64,000 nt of DNA from Camelus dromedarius (GCF_036321535.1 NC_087437.1:19718001-19782000); one strand, 5' to 3'. Shown: positions 1-12,945, numbered from the stretch's first letter. The notes: generated by a model not told the origin, from the sequence alone. Made by a program: numbers and translations.

Positions 1-525
1 CCGAGAGACTGTTGTTTTGGTGAAAATAAGAATAAAAAACAATGAACTTCCAAACCTTTTTCTTTCCTGCCCAATATATAGACACTTCGTTAGACAGGCA
101 GATGACATGTTTTTGAAGATTTTTTCCGTCGTTTGGTAGCAGAGCAAATGGTGTATGTATGAGCAGATGTCTACAAACGGGGAGGGGGGTGTTGCTCACA
201 GCAAATGAAGAAAGGGGAAAACTCGTTTAGGAAGAAGACCTGGTGTGCTTGTGTGCACCATTGAGTTCCTAGGAAGAAATTGAAAGCTTGGTAGAGATAA
301 GAGAAAGATTGAGAAGAAAAAAAAAAAAATCCAGGCTCTCAATGATTCACTTTTATATGAATAATTATGTGCATTTTAACCAAGACTTTCATCTTCCCTA
401 CTCAGAACATATTCATTTCGTGGTGAAAACAACCCATTTGTCTTTCTAATGTAAAAAGTTGATTGGCTCTGAGGAATGTAAGTTGCTGTCTGAATCCACC
501 GCATTCTTTTTTCCTTTCCCTTTCC

Positions 526-544
526 ACCCAGTAGGGGGCGGCAA
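526..544 (+). promoter_or_regulatory. Candidate CTCF-binding site
   Basis: CCAGTAGGGGGCGG at 528-541 fits the CTCF core CCASYAGRKGGCRS, in repeat-free sequence. Motif only. Confidence 0.4.
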
Positions 545-1844
545 AGGGCGCTGTCAGCTCCATTTTTTTTTTTTAAAGACAAATGTGTAGTATTTGATCA
601 AAACAGAGACATTTACTATGACACTTTAGTTGGTATTTACAGGACTTACTTTCCTTGTTACAATGCACATGCGTTTTATGTTTCCAAATTTCACATCATC
701 TCTGAGGAGCACTGGAGATACTGAAGGGATGCTTCCTGGATGACACATCCTGCAACGACTTGGCCGTTTCTAAGGTTCGTGTGGTTATTATTCCCATCAC
801 TAAAAAGGAGAAAAGTCAGAACGGCATGCAAAGAAGATTGAACGAATTATAGCTTTCTTCTTCCATACAATTCTGTATTAATGTGTAGAGGAAAATTGGG
901 AGTGTGGCGTCGAGCTGCCTGGCTGACTTCAATGCACCCTCCAGACAACTGTCTGGAAGCGCATCCTCCCGGCTTGGGCTGGTGTATGATGTCGTGTTTG
1001 TGGCACACAGCTGGTTCTGCCTTTGTGTTTTTTACTTCTTGTGGTAGGGAACCGAGCAGCCAATCCCCAGGAACTGTTTGAGGTTTTCACAGAATCACTG
1101 CACTTTTGGTGCAAACATAATCCCAACTTCAGAAATAATGCGGTGGCTAGGCAGTTATTATAACCTCTTACCTTTATTCTCCTGTATCTTGGCTATTCAC
1201 AACAGACAAACAAAGCATCTCCTGAATGCCTTGAAAAGACCAGATTCTGTGCACATGTTTTATGAGCAAAGCTAGGAAGGTGTTGTGTGGACCCAAGGAG
1301 CCTCTGAAGCAGAGAATGATGTGTCACATCCAGAAGGAAAAAAGGCAATACAATGTAGACAAACATCTTAAGATTTGTGCTACATTTGGTGACATATCAG
1401 TGGTCTCAGGTCTTAAGGACCTGGTACACAAACCTTTTTCAGTTCTCAGCATCCAGGCACAGGGTGTTCAGGATGGTACCTGAGTATAGACTACCAGTAA
1501 CAACTGAGGTGGTGCCCCCCTGTGTGCCCAGAGCCTGGCTCAGTGCCCTGGAGCATTCTTAGCAAATATAGGAAGACCGCCCCCCGTCCCATTCCCATTT
1601 CACTACTACCTTTCTTTGAGAGATTTGATTTAGCTGGACAAGATTTTTTGTCTTTAATGTGGACATTTTAAGAGAATGACAGCAGGCAGAGTTTGTGCCA
1701 AGCATAGTACTATGGTATGGGGGGTAGGAAGAGGGCTTGCGAGAGCAGCATTTGGTCATAGGGAGGTAAGAGAGCAGAACTGTAACAGTATATTTGTATA
1801 GCATGATATACTTGTAGTAATTGCAGATTGTGGAACCTCTCCTT

Positions 1845-2010
1845 AGTGTGTAACAGGCACTGCGCTAATAATTCCTTTACCTGATCTGTCTCTAAATTTT
1901 ACAGCCTACGCAGGGCTGGTATTGGTTGCCTGCTTCACAGATGAAGAAACTAAGTCAGAGAGAGGGTAAATGACTTGCCAGGACCTCCAGTGGAGGATGT
2001 GACACTGGCG
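1845..2010 (-). mobile_element. MIR SINE fragment
   Basis: CACAGATGAAGAAACTAAG...GGTAAATGACTTGCC is the reverse complement of the MIR core. Confidence 0.7.
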
Positions 2011-2909
2011 TGAGAATGAGAAGGGTCACCATGCCTAGTGCCCCCTGACAGTTCATCAGATAGTCTCCCCTTTGGTTTGAAGGGCAGATCTTCGACTACA
2101 GGGAAGACGACTGTATCTCTGACATCCCCAGGAGCCCCTGTGGTAGGGGGAGTCCAGGGCTGTTGTTTAAAGGGACCTGTTGGGAGGTGAGAGGAGTGGG
2201 CATTTCTCTCATCCATGGAAACCTGTGTTCTTGCTTCAAGCATCCTCCCTCTCACAGATTCACAAACCATCCTTACATATTCCAAAGTGCACACGCAGAA
2301 CCTCCTGCAGGGCTGAAGGTGGTATGGAATTGTTATGATAACTGTCCCATTTCACCTCTGGGGAAATAGCATGTGTCTCCTAGGAGTGTGACAGTTACTT
2401 CCCCAACAACTAAAGTGCAAATGGCAAAAAGCTCTCAGCCCTGCGCCAGAGGGTGCACTCTGACCTACACTTACCCGGAAGCACCTGTGGTTCCTGGACC
2501 AGGATGTGCTTGCTCCTGCCCTGGGCCCTTTGGGCTATGTCTTCAGGCTAGAAGGCTGCCTTCCTCAGCCTAATTTCTTCTGTGACTCAAGACACCACCA
2601 GGTGTGGACATGGTCTCACCTGGGAGCCTACCCCGACTGGTCCCCAGGCTGGTCCCTCAGGCTGTGGCTCTCACTCTGGGGCACCTGTGCTCCCTGTCTG
2701 GCTCCAGCATTGCCCTGTAAGCTCTGAGGGCTGGACTCTCATCCTGATTCTCCCTGCATCTCCAAGGCCACCCTGCTGCTTGGCCTCCGGATGTGAGCTG
2801 AGCAGTCAGTAATGACTGGCTTACTGAATCCACCTGTTTGCTGTTGTGATCCTATTGTTTCTTGGCATAGATAGTTTAAATGTTTTCTCTTGTCCTATAG
2901 GAAGTAAAA

Positions 2910-3140
2910 TTTGGGCTTAGTAGCCAGACAAACCTGGGTTCCAATCCTGGCCCTGCTGATTCCTAGCTACATAATCTTGGGCCAATTAGTTAATCCCTTT
3001 GTGCCTCAGTTTCCTTATCTATAAAATGGGGATACAAAGATCTACCTTGCCAAGTGGTTGTCAGGAATAGTGTTTAGAAATCACTTAGCCTAGTTCATGG
3101 CTTGTAACAGCACTAAATACACAGTGACTAATTACTGATG
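2910..3140 (+). mobile_element. MIR SINE, near full length
   Basis: CCTGGGTTCCAATCCTGGC...GTGCCTCAGTTTCCTTATCTATAAAATGGGGAT MIR core. Confidence 0.85.
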
Positions 3141-3597
3141 GTTTAAACACTGGTTCTAGCATCTGAAATTTGGTGGCATTCTCCTTTTCTGACTGAGCTC
3201 TTGGCAGTTCAATAGCTTTGTTCATACCTTCCCTCTGTTCAAACTCTGTTCTCTCTGTATGTGCATATGTGTGGACGTAATCATATATAAAGACATACAC
3301 GCACAGAGAGACATTTGGCTTGAATTGTGAAAACATCTGATTCTTTGAATGCCTTCGAGGCCAGGACCCCTGTCTCATTCATCTCCAAATCCCTGCCACT
3401 TAATGCAGGGCCAGTCCTGAGGAAGGACTCAGGATTGCGTGCTATCTATATAAATACATGTTCCTATGTGTCAGTGCTGAAGGTGTGCGGTACTGGTCTC
3501 TGGAAGAAGAGCTTTATTGCTGTGATCTGGGTTGTAAGGAGAACCCTGACCAGTGAGCTTTTCCTTCCAGCTCTGCTATCCCGGGAAGCAGAGAGGC

Positions 3598-3618
3598 TTT
3601 TTTTTTTTTTTTTTTTTT
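3598..3618. repeat. Poly(T) homopolymer
   Basis: Uninterrupted T run. Confidence 0.95.
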
Positions 3619-3870
3619 GCTTAAGACACCGGCAACCTCTGTGGGGATGATGCGTGTTTCTGTGGAAAGGGGGTAACTGAAGCTGCGATAACCAAATGAC
3701 AGCTTGAGACAGAAGGTTATTGTATTATTTGTTAGCTAGCCCACCACTGTTGGGACCCAGTGGAAATGGTTTCATTGGAATGGTGGGTTTGCGGATGGAC
3801 CATGAGAGGACTGAGCTGGGGGAGGAGTGCTGAGCTGAAGACATTGGCCTGGAATAGAACAGAAGTTCAC

Positions 3871-4260
3871 CATCTTCATCAGCTGGGGCTATGGTAACAA
3901 AAATGCTGTAGATTGGGTGGCTTATAAGCAACAGACATTGATTTCTACGGTTCTAAAGGATGAAGTCCAAGGTCAGGGTGCCAGCATGATTGGGTTTTGG
4001 TGAGAGCTCTCTTCTGGGTTGCCGACTTACTGTGCCCTTATGCGTGGCGTGCAGGGGGAGGAGGCAAGCTCTCTCTCGACTCTTATAAAGGCACTAATCC
4101 CATTCATGAGGGTTCCACCCTTATGACCTCTTCTAATCCTAATGTGCTGTGATTTGGGTTATAAGGAGAGGTTCTCCCAGAGGCCCTGCCTTCTAATACC
4201 ATCACATTGGGAGTAGGGTTTCAATATATGAATTCTGGGGGAACACAAACATCCACAACA
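3871..4260 (-). mobile_element. ERVL-MaLR solo LTR (MLT1A-like)
   Basis: GGCACTAATCCCATTCATGAGGGTTCCACCC and CCATCACATTGGG...TTTCAATATATGAATTCTGGGGGAACACAAACAT match MLT1A-type LTRs in reverse. Confidence 0.85.
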
Positions 4261-4779
4261 GTCAGGCTGTGAGCTTTGGGGGAGCAACAGGCAGAAGGCA
4301 GGAGAGGGCACTAGTCAGAGGAGGATGCCTGGGGTGAGAGGCCAAACCAAACGTGCTTCCTGCCTTATCAGCCAACAGCTAGCTATTTCTGAGTCTCCTG
4401 TTATTCTCTGTGAGAGGAACAAAAAGATAAAACAAATTTCAGATATCAAAGAGCTCACACTCTGTCTAGGGCAAGCGTCACACATGACACAAGCTATTGG
4501 AGAACTTGATAGCTTATGAGGAAAGGGTAGATTGCGCATTAAAGATCCCAAAGAAGTCTTGTAGGAAAGGCAAACATTGACAAGGATAGGAGAAGCCAGG
4601 AAAGATTTATGGGGAAAAGGAAAAGGGTCTTGATGGGTGAGTGGGCATTAGGTAAGCAGATGGTGGGGGCGGCAGGACAGGTAATGCAAGGTAAGAATGC
4701 CTATGGTTGGTACACAGGCTGGAGTGAGGAGGGAGCTCGGCCCTGGACAAATGTATTTGTGCATACAGATTACAGAGCT

Positions 4780-5030
4780 AATAAGAGTGGATGTTTACTG
4801 AATGCATACTGAGTGCCAGGCACTATTTTAAGCACTTTGCATGTGTCAGTTGGTTTGATCTAGCTCCAGTTGGTCTGATCTACCTATGATGCGGGTAGAA
4901 TTACTATCCCATCCTTACAGAGGAGAAAACTGAGGCCCAGAGAAGGAAAGTAACTTGCCCGTGGTCTCATACCTTAGAGACAGTGGAACTGAGATTTGAA
5001 CCCAGAACAGTGTGGGAGACGTGGATTTCC
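4780..5030 (-). mobile_element. MIR SINE, near full length, with a small internal tandem duplication
   Basis: GTGCCAGGCACTATTTTAAGCACTTT...GAAAACTGAGGCCCAGAGAAG...GATTTGAACCCAG. CAGTTGGTYTGATCTA occurs twice at about 4847-4882. Confidence 0.85.
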
Positions 5031-5889
5031 CACACTGCACGGGCTTTCCTGGCAGAGTGATGTGTTGTCTGCTCGAGGAAGGCTCTGAGTGGGGCCAGAG
5101 ACACTCTTCTGCCCCGGGAGGCATCTCGTCACTTTCTGAGAACATTTGGATTTCACTCCAAAATTGCTGAAAGAACCAGCTTCTCGGGACACTTCACTGT
5201 CTGATTCACTTCTCCATCAGGAATGAGCATGACCTCTCTCTTCTTGTCTAGGCAGCTGGAAGCCTTCCTCACCTCCCATCTGCCTGGCCTCAAACAGAAA
5301 GGGCAGCTGTCTGCATTGCATGGTCCTAGACGTGCTTGGAGGGCTCTCCTGCTCCAGGAAGACCTCCCAGCCGTCATCATTTGGGTTAAACATAGCCCTT
5401 CTCTGACTCCTTTTTTTTAAGTAGCTACCACAAACACTCACAAGTGTATTAGATGTACTTGAAGCCCGGTCCCTGGGGAGAATGAGGAGGGGATGCTGAA
5501 CGGTGAGCGTGGCAAGGGTGGAAGGAGATGGCATAGGTGGAGTAGCAGCGATCTGACTGCTTGTAAGGCCACCTTTTGCACTATTTTATATATGTCAATT
5601 GTCTTTTTCACAAACACCCATTTTATAGGTTGGTATATGAACACCGTAGGGCATGTAGCAGCAGAGCCGGGAATCAGACCAAGGGGTCAGGCTGCTTGCA
5701 GTTGGTTTTAATCCTGCACCAGGGAGATATCTTGGGTCATGTCACCTGAAGCCACTCCTTGGTGGTTTTTCTAATCTTCAGAACAGGCACTTGTCTCCAG
5801 TACTTTCTCAAGACCTTGCTTGTCCCTAGCTCACATGAGTCCTCACCAGGGCCATCTCTTTTCTCCTAGCTCATCTTGAGCCCCGCTCA

Positions 5890-6240
5890 GAGGTCCACTC
5901 AATGTCTGTCCCTCTAGGATGCCCTGGGGCACCACCAGCCCCACTAGCACCAACCCAGCCTCTCATCTTCCCTCCAGGAGTCTGCTGCTGGCTCTGTGGC
6001 CTCTATTTGGGTGAAAGGTAAAGACCCACACACTCACCAAAGCCAGAGCCCGGAGTCCTCCAGCACTCCTAGCTCTCCTCTTCCGTCATTACCCACCCCT
6101 CGTCGTGTCCAGTTTGCCCTGCCCATAAAGACCTAGAGCCTTCCCACTGCCCTCCATGCCCATTGCTACTGCCTTATTCAAAATCTCTTCCTCATCCCAT
6201 CCCTCACACTGCAGCCAGGATGGATGGCATGAGCCCCAGT
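5890..6240 (+). mobile_element. Highly diverged L2 LINE fragment
   Basis: Pyrimidine-rich L2-like phrases (GGAGTCCTCCAGCACTCC...CCCACTGCCCTCCATGCCCATTGCTACTGCCTTATTCA). Confidence 0.5.
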
Positions 6241-6899
6241 CCCACCAGGCCCATGAGAAATTCCATCCCAGTCATCATGAATTCCAAACTTCACCATCCA
6301 TGCTAGGGTCTGATAGGGTCCCAGGATTTTGAGAATAGCGTAACACTCTTGAAATTGCCTCCAGTTTCCACCCCTCACAGGTTCGCCTTGTGATGCTCTT
6401 TGTCTGAAAAGCATGGCCTCGTGATGTCCCAGGCTGACTACTTCCACAGGCAGCAGAATCTTTGCTGCCACTGGGGCTTCAGCGCCTGAAGTCCAATCCT
6501 CACATGACAGTTCGGAGCCACTGCCCCGGGGGTGCTGTGGGGATCAGAGCTGGAACAGGCCACCTGGATGAAACCAGTCCTCCTCCCACCTTCCCCCTCT
6601 CCCATCCCTACCCTAACCCCTTCACGGGGCTCAGGCATTCATAGAGCAAAGGCCTGGGCACCAAGTACTGCGGAGAACTTCTGCCTTCGCCCTTGCAACC
6701 CAAGCCTGCTCTGAAGCCAGGATGCTCAGGGGCTTAGTTACCTTCTTAGAACAGAGAGCCTCATCCCTGATGACAAATCCCAGCCATCTCAAGACAGATC
6801 CAAACTCTCCAACCTCACATAAAAGTCTGTTGATGATTTTTTCCCCTCACTTCTCATCTGGCCTCCTCTTCCCTTGGTGAACTTTCCAGTAGATTCCAG

Positions 6900-7405
6900 G
6901 TAGTAAGTACTGTCATCTATCAAGACCTTACTGTGTGCCAGGTGCTGTTCTGAGTGCTTTATAGATATTAATACTCATTTGGGGGGCAGAAGAAGGAAGG
7001 ATAAATTAGGAGCCTGGGATTAACAGGTATACACTACTGCATAGGAAATAGATAAACAACAAGGACCTACTGTATAGTGCAGGGAACTATATGCAATATC
7101 TTGTAATAACCTATGATGGAAAAGAATCTGAAAAAGTACGTATATATGTATATAAGTAACTGAATCACCATGCTGCACACCTGAAACTAACACAACATTG
7201 TAAATCAAGTATACTTAAAAAAATCCTCATTCAACCCTTCAGCTGCTCAGTCTGGTGTGTGCTTTTACTATCCCCGTTGTACAGGTGAGGAAACTGAGGC
7301 CAGGCAGGTTAAGCTATTTACCCAGTTCACTCACCTAGCAAAACAGTAGAGCTGGGATTAGAACGGACAAGGTCCAGTTTTGGAGACTACTCTCTTATCC
7401 ACTGT
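6900..7405 (-). mobile_element. MIR SINE interrupted by a younger L1
   Basis: ACTGTGTGCCAGGTGCTGTTCTGAGTGCTTTA lies left of the L1 and TACAGGTGAGGAAACTGAGGC lies right of it. Confidence 0.85.
6981..7221 (+). mobile_element. 5'-truncated artiodactyl-type L1 3' end with target-site duplication
   Basis: ATAAACAACAAGGACCTACTGTATAG...CCTGAAACTAACACAACATTGTAAATCAA; flanked by AATACTCATT (6970-6979) and AATCCTCATT (7222-7231). Confidence 0.92.
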
Positions 7406-7407
7406 GT

Positions 7408-7572
7408 CAGTGATTCAACTCTGGATGCACAGTCAATCCACTTGAGAAACTTAAAATAACATGGATGTCTAGACCCCACCTGCAGAGATGCTGATGTCAT
7501 CACTCTAGGCTAGGACCTGGGATTTTGTCTAAAGCTCTCAGGTGTTTCTGAAGCCCAGCCAAGGTTGAGAAG
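7408..7572. mobile_element. hAT-Charlie MITE (MER5-like)
   Basis: Starts CAGTG, contains AGACCCCACCTGCAGAGATGCTGAT, ends AGCCAAGGTTGAGAA. Confidence 0.75.
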
Positions 7573-7699
7573 GGCACCCCAACCCCATCCCGATGGCTGA
7601 CAGTTCCCTAGGGAATGCTTCATTTCTTTGCACGGGTTGCTCCTGGGGTGGGGGCCTTGTCCCTTTTTATTTCACCACCTCTAGTTGCCCCCATCAAAG

Positions 7700-7830
7700 T
7701 GCCTGTTGTCTCTCTGTCTCCCCAGGCAGACTGTGAGCCCCTTAAGGGGGAAGCATCCTGCTTACCTCTGTGGGACCAGTGCCCAGCACTATCCAAGGTC
7801 CAGAGTGAAGGCTGGGTGTTGAGGGAGTGG
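7700..7830 (+). mobile_element. L2 3'-end fragment
   Basis: TGTCTCCCCAGGCAGACTGTGAGCCCCTTAAGGG...CCAGTGCCCAGCAC. Confidence 0.6.
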
Positions 7831-9119
7831 CTGTATGCCAGGACGATGCCACCCACGCTGCTGCCCTTGCACACTTCTCCCAGTCAGGGCCACTCCCTGC
7901 CTTTGGTCACTGGTAAGAACTACACATTGGACCTCTCCCCTTTAGGTAGCTGACTCTCCTTCCAAACCAATTACAGCATTCATTTTGTAAAGGTTGGAAA
8001 CACTCAGTTCTGCAGATGAGCTGGGAGAACAAAATGTGGGAAGGAGTCAGGTCCAGCAGAGGCCACAGGAACTGTCACTGAGAAAAGCCACAGATGCCAC
8101 TGTCATTGCTTCTAAAAATGCTTAATTAGCTGAAATTTAACTTAAATTTTGCTGATTTAAAAAAAAATACCACACATCATTTTTGTGACTTTCTGTCGCT
8201 GCATTTCTGTGATGTCTGTTGTATTATATAGTTAAACAAATCTGCAGTTTTCAAAGAAATCTGACAAGGAAATTGTGGTGGAGAAGGAAGAAAAGGCATG
8301 GTCTCCAGGTCACGTGACTTGGATCCACTGATGAGTGTGAGTCTCGGGGCAAATCACTCTGCCCTCTGGGATCTGCTTTTCCCCAAGCAGAAAGGACACG
8401 GGGGCACCTCCCTCCTCTGCTCAAGAAAGTTCTGAGTATTCATGTGCAAGCGGCTCTGAACGCCTTTGGAAGGATAAAGTCCCTAAGAAAATAAGGCAAT
8501 CAGATGTAAGAAATTTGTTTGGAGAATTCAGGACTCAAACCCCCCAAACAAAACACTACATCCTTCTGGGTTTATACTGTCTTACCAATTTAATTAATGA
8601 TATTTTCAGGAGAAGCCTGAATTTAGCATTAAAGCCCTTCCCAGTCCTTTGATATAAGGCCTGTGTGTGTCACACGGGGGGGTGGTCACCGTGGTTACAC
8701 CAGGGAGGCAGCAGCTGCAGGGACATAAATTTTCAGGGAAGAACCAGTCAAAACTGTTAATATTATGTCAAGTTGATGTGTCGTTTTCCAATTTGCATGG
8801 ATAACTGCATTGCAGCAAATTAATTAAAACAGATAAATGTTAATCTAATTCATGTCTCCTTATAATTAATGAAATATAACCATTATGGGGGTATTTGATT
8901 TATTATTTTAATTTATAAAATGCTGAATTCTCCTATAAAGTTAGCTACAGAAATAGGAGAAGCCAACCCATATATAGCATTAGGACAAATAATCACATTT
9001 CTATAAATTAATCACTCTCTAAAAGGATATAGTTCATTAACACCATGAACTGAAAGTGTTAGATGTAAATTCGATTAACCTTTTTAGTGACACTTCCATT
9101 TATATTGCGTATTCTCTTC

Positions 9120-9190
9120 AAACTCTAAGCACTTTACATATATTAATTCAATTAACCCTCCCCAGACCCTTATTAAGTAAGTACATATAT
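9120..9190 (-). mobile_element. MIR fragment
   Basis: CTAAGCACTTTACATATATTAATTCAATTAACCCTC. Confidence 0.6.
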
Positions 9191-10560
9191 CAAAGTTGGA
9201 AGGGAGGAGAAATGAAACCCTTCAAAAATATTGAAGTCTGGGTCTTAAGATGCATTATTTACGACTTTCTCTGCAGCAGGACGGTTTACCCTGGACTTCT
9301 GTAGCTGGAGAACACAGGTGGGGAGACAGGCTCCCTCGTGCTGTCAGGAAACACTACCCGATGCTCAGGCCCAGTGCTTTAAGGAAACGTCTGCTTCATT
9401 TCACAGAATGTACCCCGGCAGCCCTGGGTCTGGCTGTGGGCAGGGCATCCCCAAGTGAGTGTGGGTGATGGGTGCTCAGTGCTCCACTGGCGTTTCCAGA
9501 GGGTCCTCTTCCTCTGGGCCGGCTGCTCCTCCTTTCCCTCCCTGCACTTGACCGTCTGGACACTGAGAACAAGCCGGTGAACAAGCCCTTTGGAGGCTGA
9601 CCGGAGAAAAAACACGGAGGGCCAGGGAGATGGGGATGGGGCCTTACGTCTTCATCTGGGGTCTCTGTTGGGGCCTGCCTGAAATGGGGGCCGAGACCGC
9701 TGTCCCTTTACCTGCTGGGATGGAGAGTGAAGCCCTGAGAGAGGAAGGAGTTGCTCCCCATCTAGCTGGAAGCCTGCTTCTCAAGGAGTTTCCTGAGTGA
9801 GGGATGGGGCTTCTCCAGCAGCTTGTCCCCAGGAACGCCTGGTTGGTCTCCTTTGGGAGCCATGCCTGTTTGCAAGACTTACTGTCATTGCCCCCTGGCA
9901 CGTGCGCCCAGGGGACAGGAAGGCAGGCTTTTCATTACAGAAGCTTATGAAGAATCAGGGGAGGAGACCCCGTAAGAATTTCTCTAGCTTGATTGGATGT
10001 GTGTTTAGTGGTTTGAGTTTCTGAATGTTTATTTTTGCAACTCTTTCTGCTCCTTCAAGTTCTCCAACCCACAGGTGCTCTCCTAGGGACAGATGTTCAG
10101 TATATTCCACAAACCCTTTGAAATGCAGTGTGTTTCAGATAATAGTCTGCCCTGTAGGTGATGGTTCCAAACCTACCAAGGGTAATGTTAACCCAAAGGA
10201 GCACATCCCTAGTATTTAGACGTGAACTAGGATGTAGGAGAACAGTTTGGGAAGGTGGGGAGTCTTCTCTGCTTCTGGAGTTAGAAGACCACTTACTCTG
10301 ATGTTCCAAGTCGTCAGGTAAGGACAGTTTAAGCCCACACAGTCCTGGAATCTCAGTTCGGTGTGCTCTGCCAGCACTTCTGGCACCCTTGTCTGCTGCA
10401 GAATGCTCCAAATTCTTTCTTCCAGACCCTGTATGGGAGGGCTTAAGAATCAGGGCTTAGAGCCAAGAACTAAAAGACAAGCCATCACACTCAGGAGACT
10501 CACAGAAATGCTGGGGAATGAGAGAAAATACTGAGTTTGCAGTTCATGGTATTTTAAGAG

Positions 10561-10737
10561 TTTCCTTCCTTCCTTCGTTCCTTCCTTCCTTCCTTCTTTC
10601 CTTCCTTCCTTCCTTCCTTCCTTCCTTCCTTCCTTCCTTCCTTCCTTCCTTCCTTCCTTCCTTCCTTCCTTCCTTCCTTCTTTCCTTCCTTCCTTCCTCC
10701 CTCCCTCCCTCCCTCCCTTCCTTCCTCTCCCTTTCTT
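10561..10737. repeat. (TTCC)n/(CCCT)n microsatellite
   Basis: About 175 bp of nearly pure pyrimidine tetranucleotide repeat. It produces the spurious ORFs 10450-10803 and 10518-10952. Confidence 0.98.
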
Positions 10738-12719
10738 GTGTGTTTTTGTTTGTTTGTAGGAAGGTGTGCGGTCCTTTGGAGCAGGAGAAAAGCCTAAAAG
10801 CATTTATAATCAGAGTAAAAAGAATTCCACATTCAAGACCTAGATTTCACTTTCTTTTTGTTGGTTATTTTTTTCTCCAAAAGAAAACCAATTCTTTTGA
10901 CTTTATTGCATCATCGTCAGAAATATCAAGATGCTTGTATCTTGTTTATTAATTTTAAAATGATGTTTAAGATGTTTTGGTGATTTACTCTTCTTTTCAT
11001 TAGCGGTCATGAGGAAGGCATTTTTTTTTAAAACTGGAACTTGCATCTTTTTCCTCTTGAGCAACCCCCTGCCTCCTATTTACCCTAGTCTCCCAGTAGT
11101 TACATTCCAGTCCTCTTATGTGAAGGAACTCAGGTCAGACCAGCCAAGAATCTTGGCTTGAAGGTGGAGTTTTCCTTTTAGATGTGTCCCATCTCTTGTC
11201 CCGGAGCTCACGAGGGAGAAGGGAAGGGCTGACTGAACTGCTGGGCCACCTTCAGCTTCCTTCTCATCCACTGTCTCCCCTCATGCAGTGTCTCTTCCTG
11301 CTCCCCTGTTTCCTCCAGGATCTCTCTCAAGACCTTTGGGAGGTGGGGTGTGGCTGCTCCCTGGAAGTCACTCCTTAAAATGCTACTAATAATGGTGAGA
11401 ATCGTCATCATCCTGCTCTCACAATTTGTTTTCTCTGTCCAATGGGAAATGTGATTAGAAGCTTCTTGAGAAAACTTTGCTACTTCTATTGATCAGAGTC
11501 ACCTAATCTTACGGAAGATGGAGGGCTCTCTAGGCAGCCACAGCTTTGAAACAAGTCACCTCATTCGCACTTACAACCAAATGGGCTCCATTTGAGGAAA
11601 TCTGGAGCTGCCCCTGCCTCAAGTCTACAGGACACGGTGCCCTAGTCCTCTACTTCTGTCTTCTTATCAGAGAGGAAACACTCTGACTTCTCTGTAAACT
11701 AAGGTAAAGGGACACGATGCATGATCTCATTTGGCCATGTTTGCATTTAGAAAGAGAGGGCACTGCTCAACCCATAGGGTTAAGCCTTTGCACACTGGTG
11801 GCATTTTGGGCAACATGACAAGCTGTCTGGAAGGCATTGGGGGGGGCGTATGAGACAGATGGGTCTCTGTCATGACATTCAACCCATATTAGAATGGTAT
11901 TAGCTCCTGTGCCCAAATTGTGGAGGTCCTCCAGGGTTGAGTCTATGTGAGGCACCTACTGTCATCTAAAAGCTGGCAGTGGCTGACTATAGATCCTTAG
12001 GAAGCTGGGCTTCTGCTCCTGCTGACTGCTGGCTCTGGTGGGTCCTGAGTGTCTTTTCACTCTTGGGTCCTGACATTGAGACAACCTAGTTATTGGTGTG
12101 GATGTCTTCTGTGGCTGTGGGTGCAGATGTGCACTTGGACAACCTCTGTCCCCAGAACCAAAGCAGCCTTGATTTCTGGGGACCTTGAGCCCTGTAATCC
12201 TCAGCCAAGCCACCTGAGCATCTAAGGAGGCATCCCAAGAGGCAAGGGGGAGGGGATCGCCGTCCACTGTAGTGCAAGAGCCTTGGGTGTGCAGACTGGC
12301 GGTGCTCAGACCCAGCCACAGAAGCACTGCCTGGATACGGACACCCAGCTCAGCATGTCTCCTCCGTTAACCACAAGGACGCACGTGGTTCTCCAGCTTG
12401 ATGGCATCTGCTTAAAGGCAGGGCAGGGCTTCTCCGGAGCGGCGCCCAGCACGCCTGACTCAGCAGTCTGTAGGACACTGGTCCTGCTCTGTCTCTTGTT
12501 CTGAGTGTGTTCTTCAGCGTCCTGGGATATTCTTGTTTCTGGTCCTTGCTTCTTGTGGCAGGCTCTATACCCCTGACTCTTGTCTTTCTACTGCAGCCAG
12601 CTCAGTGCAGGGGACCAGGGATGCAGAGGCAGGGGCCTCCCTGCTCAGAGAGCATGTGGTCGCTTGGATTCCCCTTGCCTGACTATACCTCTTCACCCCA
12701 CCAGCTGATGGGCTGATCC

Positions 12720-12945
12720 CTCTTCAATCCAATGCTACGCAACCCTTGGTGGAACTTCCAAACACACACACTCCATTGGTCACTCCCTGCTCAGAATTCC
12801 TCTGTGTTGCTTCATTTCAGGATAAAGTCCTTGGCGTATCACAGAAGGCCCTTAGTTGTTGCCCACGTGTCACTGGGCTTGAAGGTGAGCTCATGTAAGC
12901 AGAGCCCAGCACTCAGCACAGTGCCCGAGCCACCGAATGAGCGAA
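12720..12945 (+). mobile_element. L2 fragments
   Basis: GTCACTCCCTGCTCAGAA...CAGGATAAAGTCC...CCCAGCACTCAGCACAGTGCC...GAATGAGCGAAT. Confidence 0.6.

Noticed and set aside
10450..10952. ORFs of 117 and 144 aa with EGRK/LPSF repeats
   Set aside because: Translations of the (TTCC)n microsatellite.
11750..11980. Possible old hAT/Tip100-type element
   Set aside because: I could not identify terminal repeats or match a family with confidence.
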